From Candidatus Heimdallarchaeum aukensis (GTDB lineage Archaea > Asgardarchaeota > Heimdallarchaeia > Heimdallarchaeales > Heimdallarchaeaceae), in contig CP084166.1 in NCBI GenBank assembly GCA_021513695.1, positions 1,504,001-1,568,000 of the forward strand: 64,000 nt of DNA, in the 5' to 3' direction. Within the stretch, counting starts at the first letter, position 1. Every line of letters starts with the position of its first letter. This document shows, in pieces, positions 19,859 to 31,644 of this stretch. The position numbers and the translations under genes were made by a program. Below the pieces are notes generated by a model. That model made no database searches and was not told the origin of the DNA. It saw only the letters and a program-made list of their open reading frames with translations.

Positions 19859-22387
19859 TCATTTATTCAACTCATGTATTATTTTAAATTCTGTGTCACG
19901 TATTTGATCAACAAAAATAGAATATTGTGCAAGCTCAAGAATTTCTAGTAACATTGATTTTGGATCATCATATTTTTTCGGTGTTCTTATAATTGATAAC
20001 TTAGAACCTGTTTCTCCGCTCCATACAGAAAAATTATACTGATAATCAACTAATAAGTTACTTAAATTTTCAAATCCTTTTTCTGTGAAGAAGGATGAAC
20101 CTTCAATAATACTAACTTGCTGTTTATCTAACTCACCTATCAAGTAATACCAAATTACCTCAATAAGAAAGTAAATCCCTTGAAAATAGTATAAATTATA
20201 ATCGGAACTTAAAGTTCGCAACAGTTTAATATAATTCTCTAACTCTGCCTTTTTAATTTCATCAAACTCATTTTCTGCAGAATATAAGCTCACCTCATTA
20301 TATAATATATTGACTAAGATTTGTAGTGTAGTTAAGACATCTTTGTTTTGAATAGTTTCTTGTAAATATCCAATTAGATTCAGAAAATTTTCTTCTTTAG
20401 TTTCGTGTAAAGAGATCTGTTTATTGATAATTTCAGGATAGAGTTGATAGACTTCTTGTCTATTATCAGCTGTTAGTGTTTCAAGTTTTTTTAACAACTC
20501 TAATACTGTATCTTTTTCTCCTTGAATTAAATGCAAATAGATTTTTTCTCTCAAAATTGTTGCAAGATATTTTAATATCTGTTCCTCTTCTAACAGATCA
20601 ACTACTATAGTATACTCTTCTTTTGCTTTCTCTATTTTATTACTTGCTAAATAAGTTCTCCCCATATTGGTGTGTAACACAATTAAACTTAATTTTTCTT
20701 CTCTTTGTTCTAGGGCTTCCCTTAATTTTCTATACCTAGCAATTGCTTCATCAAAACTTCCTTTTAATGCTAATGAGTCGGCAATTTTTCTTATACAGCG
20801 ATTTTTACCACTTGTATCAAAAATATCTGAATAATGGCTATATGAGGATCTAAGTTTAACTAAAGCTTCATCATATCTACCCTCTTTGATATCGAATTCT
20901 GCTTGAATTTCTTTAATTTCAGCTATCATCAAATTATCAGATATTTTCATATAATATTGCTTTGCTCTTTCAAGATATTTTGAAGCATCTTTTGAGTTAC
21001 CAATTCTTATATATGCTTTTGCAATAACGATATCACAATTTGCACTATTGACATTATCTCCTATTTCGAGGTATAGTATCTGAGCAGCTTTTAAAGCTTG
21101 AATTTGTGTTAGTATATTTTTACTTAGCTGGATGTTAAGTTGAGCTCGTAATTTAATAGCATCAGCTTTTCCTTTTTGATAAATAATTTCTTCAGATAAT
21201 GTTTCAATTTTATCTATTCTTTCCATTGCTTTTGCATAATTACCTTGATAGAAATCTCCTGTTGCGATTTGTACTAGAGCCTTTGTAAATTGTTTTTTAT
21301 TTGCGATATTTGTAATCATGGAATATGCTTTTCTGTATATATCTTGCGCTTTTTGCTTTTCATTTATAATGAAGTAGCTATCTGCCAATTCTAACATAGC
21401 CATAAGTATGTTATTATAATTTTTGTACTTACGAGATAAAGTTTCAGCGAGAGAATAATTTTGTCTTGCATTAGTATGTTGCCCTAATCTAACGAGAATT
21501 TTTCCTTTGACGAAATATGCTAATCCCAAATAGTATTGAGATTTTTCTTGAAGGCTTCTAATTGCTTGTGTAACAGTAAAATTAGCTTGTTTTAATTCTC
21601 CCTTTAGATATAGAACATGAGCAACACCAATTTTAGCAGCCCCTATGAGTGCAGAATTTGAAAGATTTGTTGCTAGTTCCAAGCAATTAGAATATATTTT
21701 TTCAGCAGAGATAAAGTCAGATAAATCTAATTTTTGATCTCCTAATATCAATAAAGCTAAAGATTGCCAAAATTGATCTCCAACTGCTTTACAATATTCA
21801 TAAAAACTGTTAACTTGCTCATATCCTTCTATTGCACTTTTAGAATGTATATCTACTAATCCTTTTGCAAATAAAGAAAATTTCTTTATCATCTCAGGTA
21901 AAAATCTGCTTTGTCTTGAACCTAGAATAAGATCAAGCTTTTCTACATACTCTACTAAACCGTCAGTATCGCCTATTAGAGTCTTCAAATAAATGTATAA
22001 AATTATTGATTCAACAAGTGGAAGAATATCATTAGATTCTATGGAAATAATTGACTCTAAGTTTGAAAAAGCCTCATCTGTTTCTCCAATTTCAAAAAGA
22101 GCAAAACTCCCCCACACGACAGAACCAGGGACTTTGTCATCTATACTTTTTATTGCTACGTCATAATGACCAACTATTGTACCAATTTTTGCAGCTAAAT
22201 ATTTCAACTCCTCGTCACTTTCATAAACTGGATCGCTGATAATATTCCACATTAAGCGACCAATTTGACTAGATGTTTCAGAAGTTAGCTTTCCTTTTAA
22301 TGTTTTAATAAACACTTCACGAACTTCAACACTAATACGATTTTGATGAGCTTGAATTTCAGGTGGCAATGTATTTACTGGTTTCAT
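19859..22387 (-). CDS. large TPR-repeat protein (842 aa)
   Basis: Many 34-residue repeats with the W/LG/Y...A...F/A..A pattern (e.g. KAKEEYTIVVDLLEE, AIARYRKLREALEQ, YAKAMERIDKIE). Confidence 0.65.
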   Translation of the reverse strand: MKPVNTLPPEIQAHQNRISVEVREVFIKTLKGKLTSETSSQIGRLMWNIISDPVYESDEELKYLAAKIGTIVGHYDVAIKSIDDKVPGSVVWGSFALFEIGETDEAFSNLESIISIESNDILPLVESIILYIYLKTLIGDTDGLVEYVEKLDLILGSRQSRFLPEMIKKFSLFAKGLVDIHSKSAIEGYEQVNSFYEYCKAVGDQFWQSLALLILGDQKLDLSDFISAEKIYSNCLELATNLSNSALIGAAKIGVAHVLYLKGELKQANFTVTQAIRSLQEKSQYYLGLAYFVKGKILVRLGQHTNARQNYSLAETLSRKYKNYNNILMAMLELADSYFIINEKQKAQDIYRKAYSMITNIANKKQFTKALVQIATGDFYQGNYAKAMERIDKIETLSEEIIYQKGKADAIKLRAQLNIQLSKNILTQIQALKAAQILYLEIGDNVNSANCDIVIAKAYIRIGNSKDASKYLERAKQYYMKISDNLMIAEIKEIQAEFDIKEGRYDEALVKLRSSYSHYSDIFDTSGKNRCIRKIADSLALKGSFDEAIARYRKLREALEQREEKLSLIVLHTNMGRTYLASNKIEKAKEEYTIVVDLLEEEQILKYLATILREKIYLHLIQGEKDTVLELLKKLETLTADNRQEVYQLYPEIINKQISLHETKEENFLNLIGYLQETIQNKDVLTTLQILVNILYNEVSLYSAENEFDEIKKAELENYIKLLRTLSSDYNLYYFQGIYFLIEVIWYYLIGELDKQQVSIIEGSSFFTEKGFENLSNLLVDYQYNFSVWSGETGSKLSIIRTPKKYDDPKSMLLEILELAQYSIFVDQIRDTEFKIIHELNK

Positions 22388-22495
22388 TGTGATATCAACT
22401 TTCTTAACGTAATGGAAAATATAGAGTAATAACTAAAAAGCATTTCTCTCAAAAAAGCTTTTGTAAAAGATTGGATAAAATAAAAGTTGAACAAA

Positions 22496-22738
22496 TTAAA
22501 TACTTAAGCGTTCAAGATTCTTGTTTGTAACTTTTGTTACCTCTGGCACATATTCTTTTAATGTTTTTTCTACATAGTTCGTTAAAGTATATTGAGAATA
22601 TGGACAACCTGCACAAGTTCCTTGTAATTGTACTATCACTTCACCATCGTCCTTTACTTCTAAAAGTTCAATATCTCCTCCATCTCTTTGGAGTGCAACT
22701 CTTATAGCATTCAATACTTCCTCTACCTTTTCTTTCAT
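22496..22738 (-). CDS. NifU-like (Nfu C-terminal domain) Fe-S cluster protein
   Basis: VEEVLNAIRVALQRDGGDIELLEV.DGEV.V.LQGTCAGCPYS, the canonical Nfu CxxC domain. Confidence 0.7.
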   Translation of the reverse strand: MKEKVEEVLNAIRVALQRDGGDIELLEVKDDGEVIVQLQGTCAGCPYSQYTLTNYVEKTLKEYVPEVTKVTNKNLERLSI

Positions 22739-22893
22739 CAGGATTACCTTTTAATTCAACATTAAGATATGTTCTTATAAATATTACATTCTATACAAAA
22801 ACATTATGTAAATACCAAGATGAAATATGTAATTATATTCGATCTGAAGGAAATAAATTTTTAAAATTCACTAATTTTTTTAAAAAGAGAATT

Positions 22894-23442
22894 ATGAAAA
22901 TTATAATTGGTACAAAGAATCCCATAAAAATTAAAGCTACCATTGAAGCCTTTCAGAATTTCTATAATGAAATAGAGTATGAATCATTCGATTTAAGCCA
23001 ATATCCTTCAGTTTTAAAACAGCCAATGAGTACTAATGAAACTTTAGAGTCTGCGCTAAAGCGAATTGAAATAATAGAAACAAAAATAGATGAAGCAGAC
23101 TATTATGTTGCTCTGGAAGGTGGAGTGGGGATAGATAATTTTGGATTTTTCCTAACAGGATATGTCGCAATAAAATCCAAATCAGGAAAAATATCTGTCT
23201 CAGGAGGGTATAGGATGCCATTACCTAAAAAACTCTTTGATGAACTCCAAAGGAATAGAGATATAGAATTAGGAGATCTTATAGATAAATATTCAGGAAT
23301 TAAAAATAGTAAACAAAAAGATGGGGCTATTGGTTTGTTTACTTCTGGTAAGTTAACTAGAAAAGAGACTTTCAAACAAATGATTATACTCGCTTTAGTT
23401 CCTTTTACAAGTCATGTTTACTCAAAAATAGAAAATGAATAG
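22894..23442 (+). CDS. yjjX: YjjX-family non-canonical purine NTP phosphatase (ITPase/XTPase)
   Basis: Collinear with E. coli YjjX: N-terminal GTKNPIKI.A, the ALEGGV region, and the C-terminal DGAIGLFTSGKLTRKETFKQMIILALVPF, near-identical to the YjjX [29 protein letters not shown]. Confidence 0.75.
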   Translation: MKIIIGTKNPIKIKATIEAFQNFYNEIEYESFDLSQYPSVLKQPMSTNETLESALKRIEIIETKIDEADYYVALEGGVGIDNFGFFLTGYVAIKSKSGKISVSGGYRMPLPKKLFDELQRNRDIELGDLIDKYSGIKNSKQKDGAIGLFTSGKLTRKETFKQMIILALVPFTSHVYSKIENE

Positions 23443-23465
23443 AAAAATTAGAGTAAAAGCTTATT

Positions 23466-24725
23466 CTACTCTAATTCTCCAATATCTGTTCTCCAATATA
23501 ATTTTCCTTTTATTTTTGTAATGTCTTCGATTACTTTTCTCTTTGCCTTAAAGATATCGTTTCCTACACCAAGAAGAGCAAGAGAACGACTAGTTGTTGT
23601 TCTTATTGTTCCATTTTCTCTATAAACAGAAGCATAAAAGAGATCAGATTTTAACGGATAGCTAATTGTTATTTTTTCATCTTTTAAAGGATTAATAGGG
23701 TATCCTTTTGGAACAAGATAATTACAAACAGTAGCTTTATTTTCAAAATTTACTTTTTTCAAGGATTGATCGATCATATTCTGATTGATGACATTGTAAT
23801 CATCTTTTAACAGTTTCAACACATTAATAGCTTCAGGGTCTCCAAAACGCGCATTAAATTCAATTAAGAAAACGTTTCTTTCTGATTTCATAAATTGTCC
23901 ATAAAGAACTCCAACATAAGGAATGTTCGTATGCTCCTTTAGTGCCTTGATGGTTTTTTTCAGAATATCAACAGCTTTTTCAACATCATTTTGTTTCAAG
24001 AAAGGTAAATGATGATCAGGAAGACTGTATGAGCCCATGCTCCCCGTATTTGGTCCTTTATCTCCCTCATATGCTCTTTTATAGTCTCTAACCAAAGGCA
24101 TTAATTGAATATTTTTTCCATCGGTAAATACCTGAAGAGAAAATTCTTTTCCTTTTACTTTTTTCTCAATTATTACTAATCCATCTTTCGCGATAGTTTG
24201 TTTAACAATCTCTTCTGCTTCAGAGTATGAAGAAAAATGGTCACCAAACACTTTAACTGCTTTTCCTCCAGTTAATCCATCAGGTTTAATAGCAATTTCC
24301 AAACCATTTTCTTTAACAAAAGACTCAAAATCACTAATAGTCTTACATATTTTGAAAACAGGGTTACCCTCTATTTCGTATTTCTCAAGTAAGTTTCTAG
24401 CAAATGATTTACTTGTTTCTATTTTAGCTACTTCTTGTCTAGGACTTGCAACTGGGATTTCTAACTTGTCCTCAATGTAATTAGTTAATCCAAAAGACAG
24501 AGGTAATTCTGGTCCTATTATTGCATAATCAATATTCTCAAATTTGGATAGTTTTTCAAAATTCGTCAGATTTCCTAGTATGAACTTTTCTGATATATCA
24601 GCTATTCCTGGATTTTCATAAGCCATGTATGAAAAAAGCTTATTTTCATTTTCCACTATTTTTTTGGCCATAGCATGTTCTCTGGCCCCATTACCAATTA
24701 ACAAAACTTTTTCTGCCATTTTCAT
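23466..24725 (-). CDS. purD: phosphoribosylamine-glycine ligase
   Basis: N-terminal VLLIGNGAREHAMA, ATP-grasp core, 419 aa. Last gene of the pur operon. Confidence 0.85.
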   Translation of the reverse strand: MKMAEKVLLIGNGAREHAMAKKIVENENKLFSYMAYENPGIADISEKFILGNLTNFEKLSKFENIDYAIIGPELPLSFGLTNYIEDKLEIPVASPRQEVAKIETSKSFARNLLEKYEIEGNPVFKICKTISDFESFVKENGLEIAIKPDGLTGGKAVKVFGDHFSSYSEAEEIVKQTIAKDGLVIIEKKVKGKEFSLQVFTDGKNIQLMPLVRDYKRAYEGDKGPNTGSMGSYSLPDHHLPFLKQNDVEKAVDILKKTIKALKEHTNIPYVGVLYGQFMKSERNVFLIEFNARFGDPEAINVLKLLKDDYNVINQNMIDQSLKKVNFENKATVCNYLVPKGYPINPLKDEKITISYPLKSDLFYASVYRENGTIRTTTSRSLALLGVGNDIFKAKRKVIEDITKIKGKLYWRTDIGELE

Positions 24726-26116
24726 TCCTCATAATGACTACGAGATTTTATCTCTCCATTTAGGTATTTTATTCTTAATTCTTCAGCATAAGAAGTTGGA
24801 TAACTACCTGAAAGACAAGCAGTACATAAATCAGAAAAACCAATTGATCTTTTTAATGCAACAATATCTTGATAATATAATCCGTCAACATTTAGGATTT
24901 TTTCTATTTCTGTTAGAGTATTCCCTGAAGCTATTAAGTCGTTGTCAGAGGGAATATCTATTCCATAATAACATGCAAATCTCACAGCGGGACAAGTGAT
25001 TGCGAGATAGATGTTGTTAACTCCCAACCTTCTTAAATCATTAACAATTTTTTTGCTAGTTAACCCTCTAACTACTGAATCATCGATTAGTAAAATATTT
25101 TTTCCTTTTATATATTTAGGAATGTAAAGATATTTTCTTTTAGCAGCTTTGCTTCGCTCTTTTTCGCTTTTCATTATGAAAGTGCGCTGAAGATAACGGT
25201 TTTTTATTATAGCTTCTCTTACTGGAATACCTAGTTCTTCAGAAAGACCTTGTGTTGCGGGTCTGGAAGTGTCTGGAACAGGAACAATGTAATCAATTTC
25301 TAAATTGTCACTTTTTATTCTTCGTGCTAATTCTTTTCCTAGATTAATTCTTGTATCATAAACCAATGTATTTTCTATAGTTGAACATGGATTAGCAAAA
25401 TAGACATATTCAAACATACAATGAGCATGATCTGCTTGAATTAGATGGCATTTGTCAATTTTTTCATTATCAAAAATTATTAATTCTCCAGGTCTAACAT
25501 CTTCAAAAGAAGTAATATCGATGTTTTGTAAAACAACGCTTTCAGATGAAACAATAGTAAGATTTTCAGATTTTCCAATAACTAAAGGTCTTATTCCCCT
25601 AGGATCCCTAAAAGTAAACATTGTTGTATCAAGGATTGCCACAATAGAATAGCTTCCATCTATTTTTTCCATAAATTCTTTTACAGCATTTTTTATACTC
25701 CCTTCGTAATAATCAATTAAAGAACCAAGGAATTCTGTTAAAAAAAGAGCGTCAGATTCATATTTTTTGTTTGTTAAAGTACTTAAATTAGTTATATTTC
25801 CGTTATGGACAACAAATAGGTTACCATACTTCGTTTTAACTTTAAATGGCTGAGCATAAAGTTCAACATTTGAGCTATCAGTTCTTGCTCCAAAAGTAGG
25901 ATAACGTGTTGAACCGATTAGTTTAGTTACTTCACTTTTTTCGTTGAGTTCAAGTAAATCAGGGTATCCATCAACTTTTTTTAAATTCACCTTTTTTTCA
26001 TTCTTATTTATCCAAGCTATTCCACTTGCATCTTGTCCTCTATGCGTTAGCATTTGTAGCAATATTTTTCCTTGTTCCAAAGTTGTTAACCCTGATATGC
26101 CTAATACTCCACACAT
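24722..26116 (-). CDS. purF: amidophosphoribosyltransferase
   Basis: N-terminal MCGVLGI (Ntn catalytic Cys) and the PRTase domain motif ILLIDDSVVRGLT. Confidence 0.9.
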   Translation of the reverse strand: MCGVLGISGLTTLEQGKILLQMLTHRGQDASGIAWINKNEKKVNLKKVDGYPDLLELNEKSEVTKLIGSTRYPTFGARTDSSNVELYAQPFKVKTKYGNLFVVHNGNITNLSTLTNKKYESDALFLTEFLGSLIDYYEGSIKNAVKEFMEKIDGSYSIVAILDTTMFTFRDPRGIRPLVIGKSENLTIVSSESVVLQNIDITSFEDVRPGELIIFDNEKIDKCHLIQADHAHCMFEYVYFANPCSTIENTLVYDTRINLGKELARRIKSDNLEIDYIVPVPDTSRPATQGLSEELGIPVREAIIKNRYLQRTFIMKSEKERSKAAKRKYLYIPKYIKGKNILLIDDSVVRGLTSKKIVNDLRRLGVNNIYLAITCPAVRFACYYGIDIPSDNDLIASGNTLTEIEKILNVDGLYYQDIVALKRSIGFSDLCTACLSGSYPTSYAEELRIKYLNGEIKSRSHYEE

Positions 26117-26117
26117 T

Positions 26118-26723
26118 TTAATTCACAATCCTTACCTTTCTCCCTTCAACAATTAGTTTCCCCTCAGAAAACAATCTTATTGCTTTTGGCAAGAGAATAT
26201 GTTCTTTTTCTAGTATTTTTTTGGCTAGAGTTTCTTCTGTATCACTATCATCTACTAGCACTACCTCTTGTAAAATAATTGGGCCATGATCTACTTTTTC
26301 ATCCACAAAATGCACTGTGCACCCAGTTATTTTTGCTCCATAGTCTAAAGCTTGCTTTTGAGCATTTATTCCTGGAAATGAAGGTAATAAAGAAGGATGA
26401 ATGTTAATTATTTTGTTGCTAAATTTGTTAACAAAAAAGGGAGAGAGAATTCTCATAAAACCTGCTAAGACTACTAAATCAATGTTATTTTTTTCTAGGG
26501 TCTCAGCTAGTTGTTTGTCATATGTTTCACGATTTTGATTTCTATGGGGAGGTAGAACAATAGTTTTTTTCCCATATCTCTTTGCTATTTCTAAACCTTT
26601 AGCATCTGGGATGTTAGAGACAACTAAGGAAACAACTGCATTACCCAGTTCTTTTTGTTTTTCCTTTTCAAGAATTGCTTCAAGGTTACTTCCTCTTCCA
26701 GAAATTAGCACAGCAACATTCAT
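26118..26723 (-). CDS. purN: phosphoribosylglycinamide formyltransferase
   Basis: MNVAVLISGRGSNLEAI, the HPSLLP motif, 201 aa. Confidence 0.85.
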   Translation of the reverse strand: MNVAVLISGRGSNLEAILEKEKQKELGNAVVSLVVSNIPDAKGLEIAKRYGKKTIVLPPHRNQNRETYDKQLAETLEKNNIDLVVLAGFMRILSPFFVNKFSNKIINIHPSLLPSFPGINAQKQALDYGAKITGCTVHFVDEKVDHGPIILQEVVLVDDSDTEETLAKKILEKEHILLPKAIRLFSEGKLIVEGRKVRIVN

Positions 26724-26732
26724 CTTTAATTT

Positions 26733-29063
26733 TCACCGTTTTAAAAATACATTATAGTGATCTATGATTACATTCGGTTCTTCAATAACTTCACCTAGAA
26801 TGTGAGTCTCGAAGTATTTATTTAATAAATAGAGCACTTTCTCTTCGTTCTCTTTTGGTACTATAACAATAAAACCTATCCCCATGTTAAATGTTGAAAA
26901 CATCTCGTTGTAGGAGATTTTTCCAATTCTTTTTATCTCTTCAAAAATGGCTGGGGGGTTCGGAAAATGCTTGAGGTTAAAGCCATAATTAGATAATCTG
27001 AAAAGTTTCCTAAATCCTCCTCCAGTAATATGTGCTAAACCATGAACTTCATAGCTATCCAATAAAGCTTCAATAGATTCAGTATATATTCTTGTGGGTT
27101 TAAGTAACTCATCTTTTAGTTTTACACCTCCAGGGATAACAGAATCGAGAGTATATTTGCTGAAAAGGACTTTGCGTGCAAGAGTAAACCCATTAGAATG
27201 TATTCCGCTACTTGAAATACCTAATATACTATCTCCAACTTTAATTTTAGATCCATCTATGATTTTATTTAAGTGAATTATTCCTAATGCTGTTCCTGCG
27301 ATGTCAAATGAATTTTCTGATTCTTTCAACATTTCGGGGATTGTAGCTAGTTCTCCTCCTAACAGAGGAATCTTTGAAATCTCACACCCTTTATATATTC
27401 CTTTAATTATCTCTTCTATTCGTTCTTTTGAAAGCTTTGCAACTGCAAGGTAATCTACAAAAGCTTTTGGCAAGATACCCATAGCAAGCAGGTCATTTAC
27501 ATTCATAGCCACACAATCGATTCCTATAGTATCATATTTTCCTGCTTGTTCTGCAACTATTATCTTTGTTCCTACACCATCGGTTGATAAAGCAATACCA
27601 TGATCTCCAAATTTTATTAAGTTTGCATAGTGTCCTTCTTTCCCTATAACATTCCCAAAAGAAAATGATTTTTGTACATAATCATTTATCATTTTCAAGA
27701 CTTCTGATTCTACATCTAAATCTAATCCTGATTCTGCATAAGAAGATGGAGGAGAAAATTCTTTTTTCTCTTTATTCAGTGATGCAATAAATTTTTCTAC
27801 AATTTCAGGAGCTAACCCGATATAGTTAACTGGATCAAGAATAAAGTCAATTTTTTCATCATCAAGGTATTTCTTTACTATTTCATTCTCTTTAACAATC
27901 TCTTTGAAATTAGGGAAGTTAGACAATTGTTTTAGTAATTCATGTGCTTTCTGTCTTCCTATATGTGGAGTTAAATGAAGCATCAAGTTTTCTGAACATT
28001 GTGCTCCTTCTTTCAGGTATAAGTTGTGCTTGATTTTCTCTTCATTTAAGTAAAGACTGTCCAATATTTTATTCATCTCTAGTATTAAGAAATGTGTTAA
28101 CATAGAATTTTCAAAGAGTAATATTCTTTCAGAACTTGAGTTGGTAAGATCTCTTTCATGCTCTAAACAAATATTCTCCATTGCAACATTAATACTTGCC
28201 CTAATATTTCGTGCTAAACCTGAAATTCTTTCACTTTTTTCAGGATTTCTTTTTTGTGGCATAGTAGAGGAGCCTACTTGACTTTTAACAAATGACTCTC
28301 GTACTTCATCAATTTCAGTTCTTTGTAAATTTCTTATTTCTCTAGCGAAGTGGTCTAAAACTGTTGCAATCAAACCTAAAGCTTGTATGTATTTGGCATA
28401 AATTACTCTTGAGACAACCTGTGTTGTTACTGGTTGTTTTTCAAGCCCAAGTTTGTTTAACACGATTTCTTCAATTTTTTCTGTCCCATATGACGCATAA
28501 GTTCCTACTGCCCCAGACATTTTTCCATAGGCAACTTTTGCATTTTCTAGAGTTTTTTTTGCCATTAATAGTTCATTAAGAAAATTAGCGAATTTCAGCC
28601 CATAAGTAGTAGGAACAGCATGTTGTCCATGAGTACGTCCTATACAGACAAGATTCTTATATTTCATGGACAATTGTTTTAATTTCTTAATTGTAATTTC
28701 TAAATCGTCTAAAATTCTTTTTTTTGCTTCTTTTAACTGTAATCCCCTAACAGTATCTTGAATATCATAAGATGTTGCTCCTAAATGAATGTACCCACCA
28801 TATTCTCCACATTGTTCAGAAATTGCGAGTACAACACTCATTAAATCATGATGAACTTCTTTTTCAATTTCCTTCACACGTTCTAATTTCACATATTTTG
28901 GGGTACATCTTTCTTCAATTATTGAAATTGCTTCTTCTGGTATTTTACCTACTTCATAATTTGCTTGAGCTAGTGTTTTTTCTACTAACAACTGGAATTC
29001 TAGTTTCTTTTCTTCAGAAAACAGCTCTATTATTGAAGTCTTATAACGCTCAATCTCAAGCAC
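26733..29063 (-). CDS. purBM: bifunctional adenylosuccinate lyase / AIR synthetase (PurB-PurM fusion)
   Basis: Residues ~1-445 match PurB: [26 protein letters not shown], and the fumarate-lyase signature [11 protein letters not shown]. Residues ~450-776 match PurM: [21 protein letters not shown] and [14 protein letters not shown]. It is a single uninterrupted frame. Confidence 0.8.
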   Translation of the reverse strand: MLEIERYKTSIIELFSEEKKLEFQLLVEKTLAQANYEVGKIPEEAISIIEERCTPKYVKLERVKEIEKEVHHDLMSVVLAISEQCGEYGGYIHLGATSYDIQDTVRGLQLKEAKKRILDDLEITIKKLKQLSMKYKNLVCIGRTHGQHAVPTTYGLKFANFLNELLMAKKTLENAKVAYGKMSGAVGTYASYGTEKIEEIVLNKLGLEKQPVTTQVVSRVIYAKYIQALGLIATVLDHFAREIRNLQRTEIDEVRESFVKSQVGSSTMPQKRNPEKSERISGLARNIRASINVAMENICLEHERDLTNSSSERILLFENSMLTHFLILEMNKILDSLYLNEEKIKHNLYLKEGAQCSENLMLHLTPHIGRQKAHELLKQLSNFPNFKEIVKENEIVKKYLDDEKIDFILDPVNYIGLAPEIVEKFIASLNKEKKEFSPPSSYAESGLDLDVESEVLKMINDYVQKSFSFGNVIGKEGHYANLIKFGDHGIALSTDGVGTKIIVAEQAGKYDTIGIDCVAMNVNDLLAMGILPKAFVDYLAVAKLSKERIEEIIKGIYKGCEISKIPLLGGELATIPEMLKESENSFDIAGTALGIIHLNKIIDGSKIKVGDSILGISSSGIHSNGFTLARKVLFSKYTLDSVIPGGVKLKDELLKPTRIYTESIEALLDSYEVHGLAHITGGGFRKLFRLSNYGFNLKHFPNPPAIFEEIKRIGKISYNEMFSTFNMGIGFIVIVPKENEEKVLYLLNKYFETHILGEVIEEPNVIIDHYNVFLKR

Positions 29064-29445
29064 TTTTCTTCACCCCGAGTATCCTCATTGCCAAATAAGC
29101 TGCATTAGTACCATTATCTATTCCAACTGTAGCTACAGGAACACCTTTAGGCATTTGGACTATAGACAATAAAGCATCTAAACCATTTAAAGCTGCAGAA
29201 ACGGGTACACCAATAACTGGTTTATCAGTAATGGAAGCAACAACACCAGGTAAAGCAGCTGCTAAACCAGCGATACAAATGAATATTTCAGCACTAGATT
29301 CAATTACTGCTTGTACAAGTTTTTCATGGTCTCTATGTGCTGATAAATAAAGAACTTTATACTCTACATTATTAGCATCCAAAACAGTTGTTACTTTTTC
29401 AACAATTTTACTATCGCTTTTACTTCCTGCAATTACATCAATCAT
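29056..29445 (-). CDS. purE: N5-CAIR mutase / AIR carboxylase catalytic subunit
   Basis: VIAGSKSD...SAHRDH...PVIGVPV, the PurE fold. Confidence 0.8.
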   Translation of the reverse strand: MIDVIAGSKSDSKIVEKVTTVLDANNVEYKVLYLSAHRDHEKLVQAVIESSAEIFICIAGLAAALPGVVASITDKPVIGVPVSAALNGLDALLSIVQMPKGVPVATVGIDNGTNAAYLAMRILGVKKSA

Positions 29446-29460
29446 TTTTTTCTACTCCTT

Positions 29461-31644
29461 CTATTCCATATATTTTACAATTGCATTTTTCCAATTTGAA
29501 TGTAATTGTTCTATATCAATTGATACAAGATTTTCTATTTCTAAAACAGGTTCTTTAGTAGTATGTCCTACTACTCCATAATCCACTCCAATTGTTTCTA
29601 ACAAATTTACCACTTGCTTAAGTTTTTCATTTGAGACTTCTATGATGAATCTTGATGATGTTTCAGAGAATAGCTTATGTCTAGTTTCCACTCCTTCATC
29701 AGAAGGAATATTTTCAAGGTTAATTTTTGCGCCTATTTTATTTTTGAACATCATTTCTCCAAGAGCGACTATAAATCCACCATTTGAAATATCATGACAA
29801 CTTTCAATTAGTTTCTGTTTATTTAACTGTGTTATTGCTTCAATTGACTTTTTCTCTCTCTTCTCATCATAAGTAGGTACGTCACTCATAATACAATTGA
29901 AACAATATCGTAAATATTCTGAACCACCAAGTTCTTTTCCTGTCTTTCCAATTTGAATAATTTTTGATTCTTGGTTGACAAAATTATTAGCTAATAGATC
30001 GTCTGGAGAATCGAATACTCCAATTATTCCTATAGTTGGTGTTGGATTGATTCTTTCTCTTTTCCCTTCCTTATTCACAGTTTCATTGTAAAGAGACACA
30101 TTTCCTCCTATAACTGGAAGCTTAAAATCATTTGAAAATCTACCTAAACCTTTTATTGATTCTACAAATTGCCAATACGAGTCAGGTTTTTCAGGATTAC
30201 CAAAATTCAAACAATCAACAACTGCATAAGGTTTGGCTCCTACAGCAACAATATTTCTCTGAGCTTCAGCTGCAACATTAGCTGTTCCGGTATATGGAGA
30301 ACAATAAACAGCAAATGAATTACTGTCTAAAGTTAAAGCGATATATTTTCCATTGTCTAATCTTAAAACCGCTGCATCGGCTCCAGCTTGGATTACTGTT
30401 TGAGTTTGAACATGTTGATCATATTGTTCATAAATCCATTCTTTACTACCAACATTTGGAGATTCAAATATTTTTAGTATTTCATCTTTAATATTTCCTT
30501 GATTTGGGATAGTATATTCCTTTTTAGATCGAATATAATCGGGTATAGAGAATTCTCTTTCTGGTTCAGGAAATCCGTTTATTATTAGATCTACTGGCAG
30601 ATCAATTATCTTCTCTCCATTGTAAAAAGCAATATAGTGGCTATTATTTGTTACTTCACCAATTATACTATATGTTAAAAGATCATACTTTTTGAGTACT
30701 TCTTCAACAGCAGCTATATTTTTAGGAGACACTACAGCTAACATTCTTTCTTGTGATTCAGAAATTAAAATTTCCCAAGGTTTCATATCATATTCTCTTA
30801 AAGGAACATCTTCAAGCCTTATTAGAGCTCCTGTATTCCCCTTTTCAGTCATTTCAGAGATTGCACAACTTAATCCTCCACCCCCTAAATCCTGGAGACC
30901 AGAAAGAAGACCTTTTTCTACTAATTCAAGTGTAGCATCAATTAGGGCTTTTTCCATTAGGGGGTCTCCTATTTGTACAGCTGGTCTATCACTCTCACTT
31001 TTATCATCTAAATCCTTAGATGCAAATGAGACTCCATGTATTCCATCTCTCCCGGTTCTGGCGCCATATAGAAGGAAAAAGTGTCCCGGGGTTGATGCTA
31101 TACTGCGAACTACTTTATCTTTTTTTACTACTCCAATACACATTGCATTAACAAGACAATTATTTTCAAAAACTGGATCAAATTCAGCTTCTCCCCCAAC
31201 AGTCGGAATACCTACGCAATTTCCATAAGATGAAATTCCTCTAACAACATTCTCAAATAAGTTCTTCGAATGATCGGATGTTAGATTTCCAAAACGTATT
31301 GAATCCAGTAAAGCAATAGGTTTACAACCTTGAGAAATAATATCTCTTATAATTCCTCCTACTCCTGTTGCTGCACCTTGAAAAGGTTCAATTGCACTAG
31401 GATGATTGTGACTTTCTAACCCTAATCCTATCAGCAAATCGTCTCCAATATCTATTAAACCTGCGCCTTCACCTATTCCTAAAGCTAGATAGGGGGCAGT
31501 GGTTTTAAATAAAGAAAACCAACGTTTTGAACTTTTATATGATATATGCTCACTCCACATTGCACCTATTACATTAAGTTCCGCAAAGTTTGGTTCTCTT
31601 CCTAACTCTTGAATCAACTTTGAATATTCTTCATTTGATATCAT
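29461..31644 (-). CDS. purL: FGAM synthase II (large subunit)
   Basis: ESHNHPSAIEPFQGAATGVGGIIRDI and a duplicated PurM-like fold, 727 aa. Confidence 0.9.
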   Translation of the reverse strand: MISNEEYSKLIQELGREPNFAELNVIGAMWSEHISYKSSKRWFSLFKTTAPYLALGIGEGAGLIDIGDDLLIGLGLESHNHPSAIEPFQGAATGVGGIIRDIISQGCKPIALLDSIRFGNLTSDHSKNLFENVVRGISSYGNCVGIPTVGGEAEFDPVFENNCLVNAMCIGVVKKDKVVRSIASTPGHFFLLYGARTGRDGIHGVSFASKDLDDKSESDRPAVQIGDPLMEKALIDATLELVEKGLLSGLQDLGGGGLSCAISEMTEKGNTGALIRLEDVPLREYDMKPWEILISESQERMLAVVSPKNIAAVEEVLKKYDLLTYSIIGEVTNNSHYIAFYNGEKIIDLPVDLIINGFPEPEREFSIPDYIRSKKEYTIPNQGNIKDEILKIFESPNVGSKEWIYEQYDQHVQTQTVIQAGADAAVLRLDNGKYIALTLDSNSFAVYCSPYTGTANVAAEAQRNIVAVGAKPYAVVDCLNFGNPEKPDSYWQFVESIKGLGRFSNDFKLPVIGGNVSLYNETVNKEGKRERINPTPTIGIIGVFDSPDDLLANNFVNQESKIIQIGKTGKELGGSEYLRYCFNCIMSDVPTYDEKREKKSIEAITQLNKQKLIESCHDISNGGFIVALGEMMFKNKIGAKINLENIPSDEGVETRHKLFSETSSRFIIEVSNEKLKQVVNLLETIGVDYGVVGHTTKEPVLEIENLVSIDIEQLHSNWKNAIVKYME

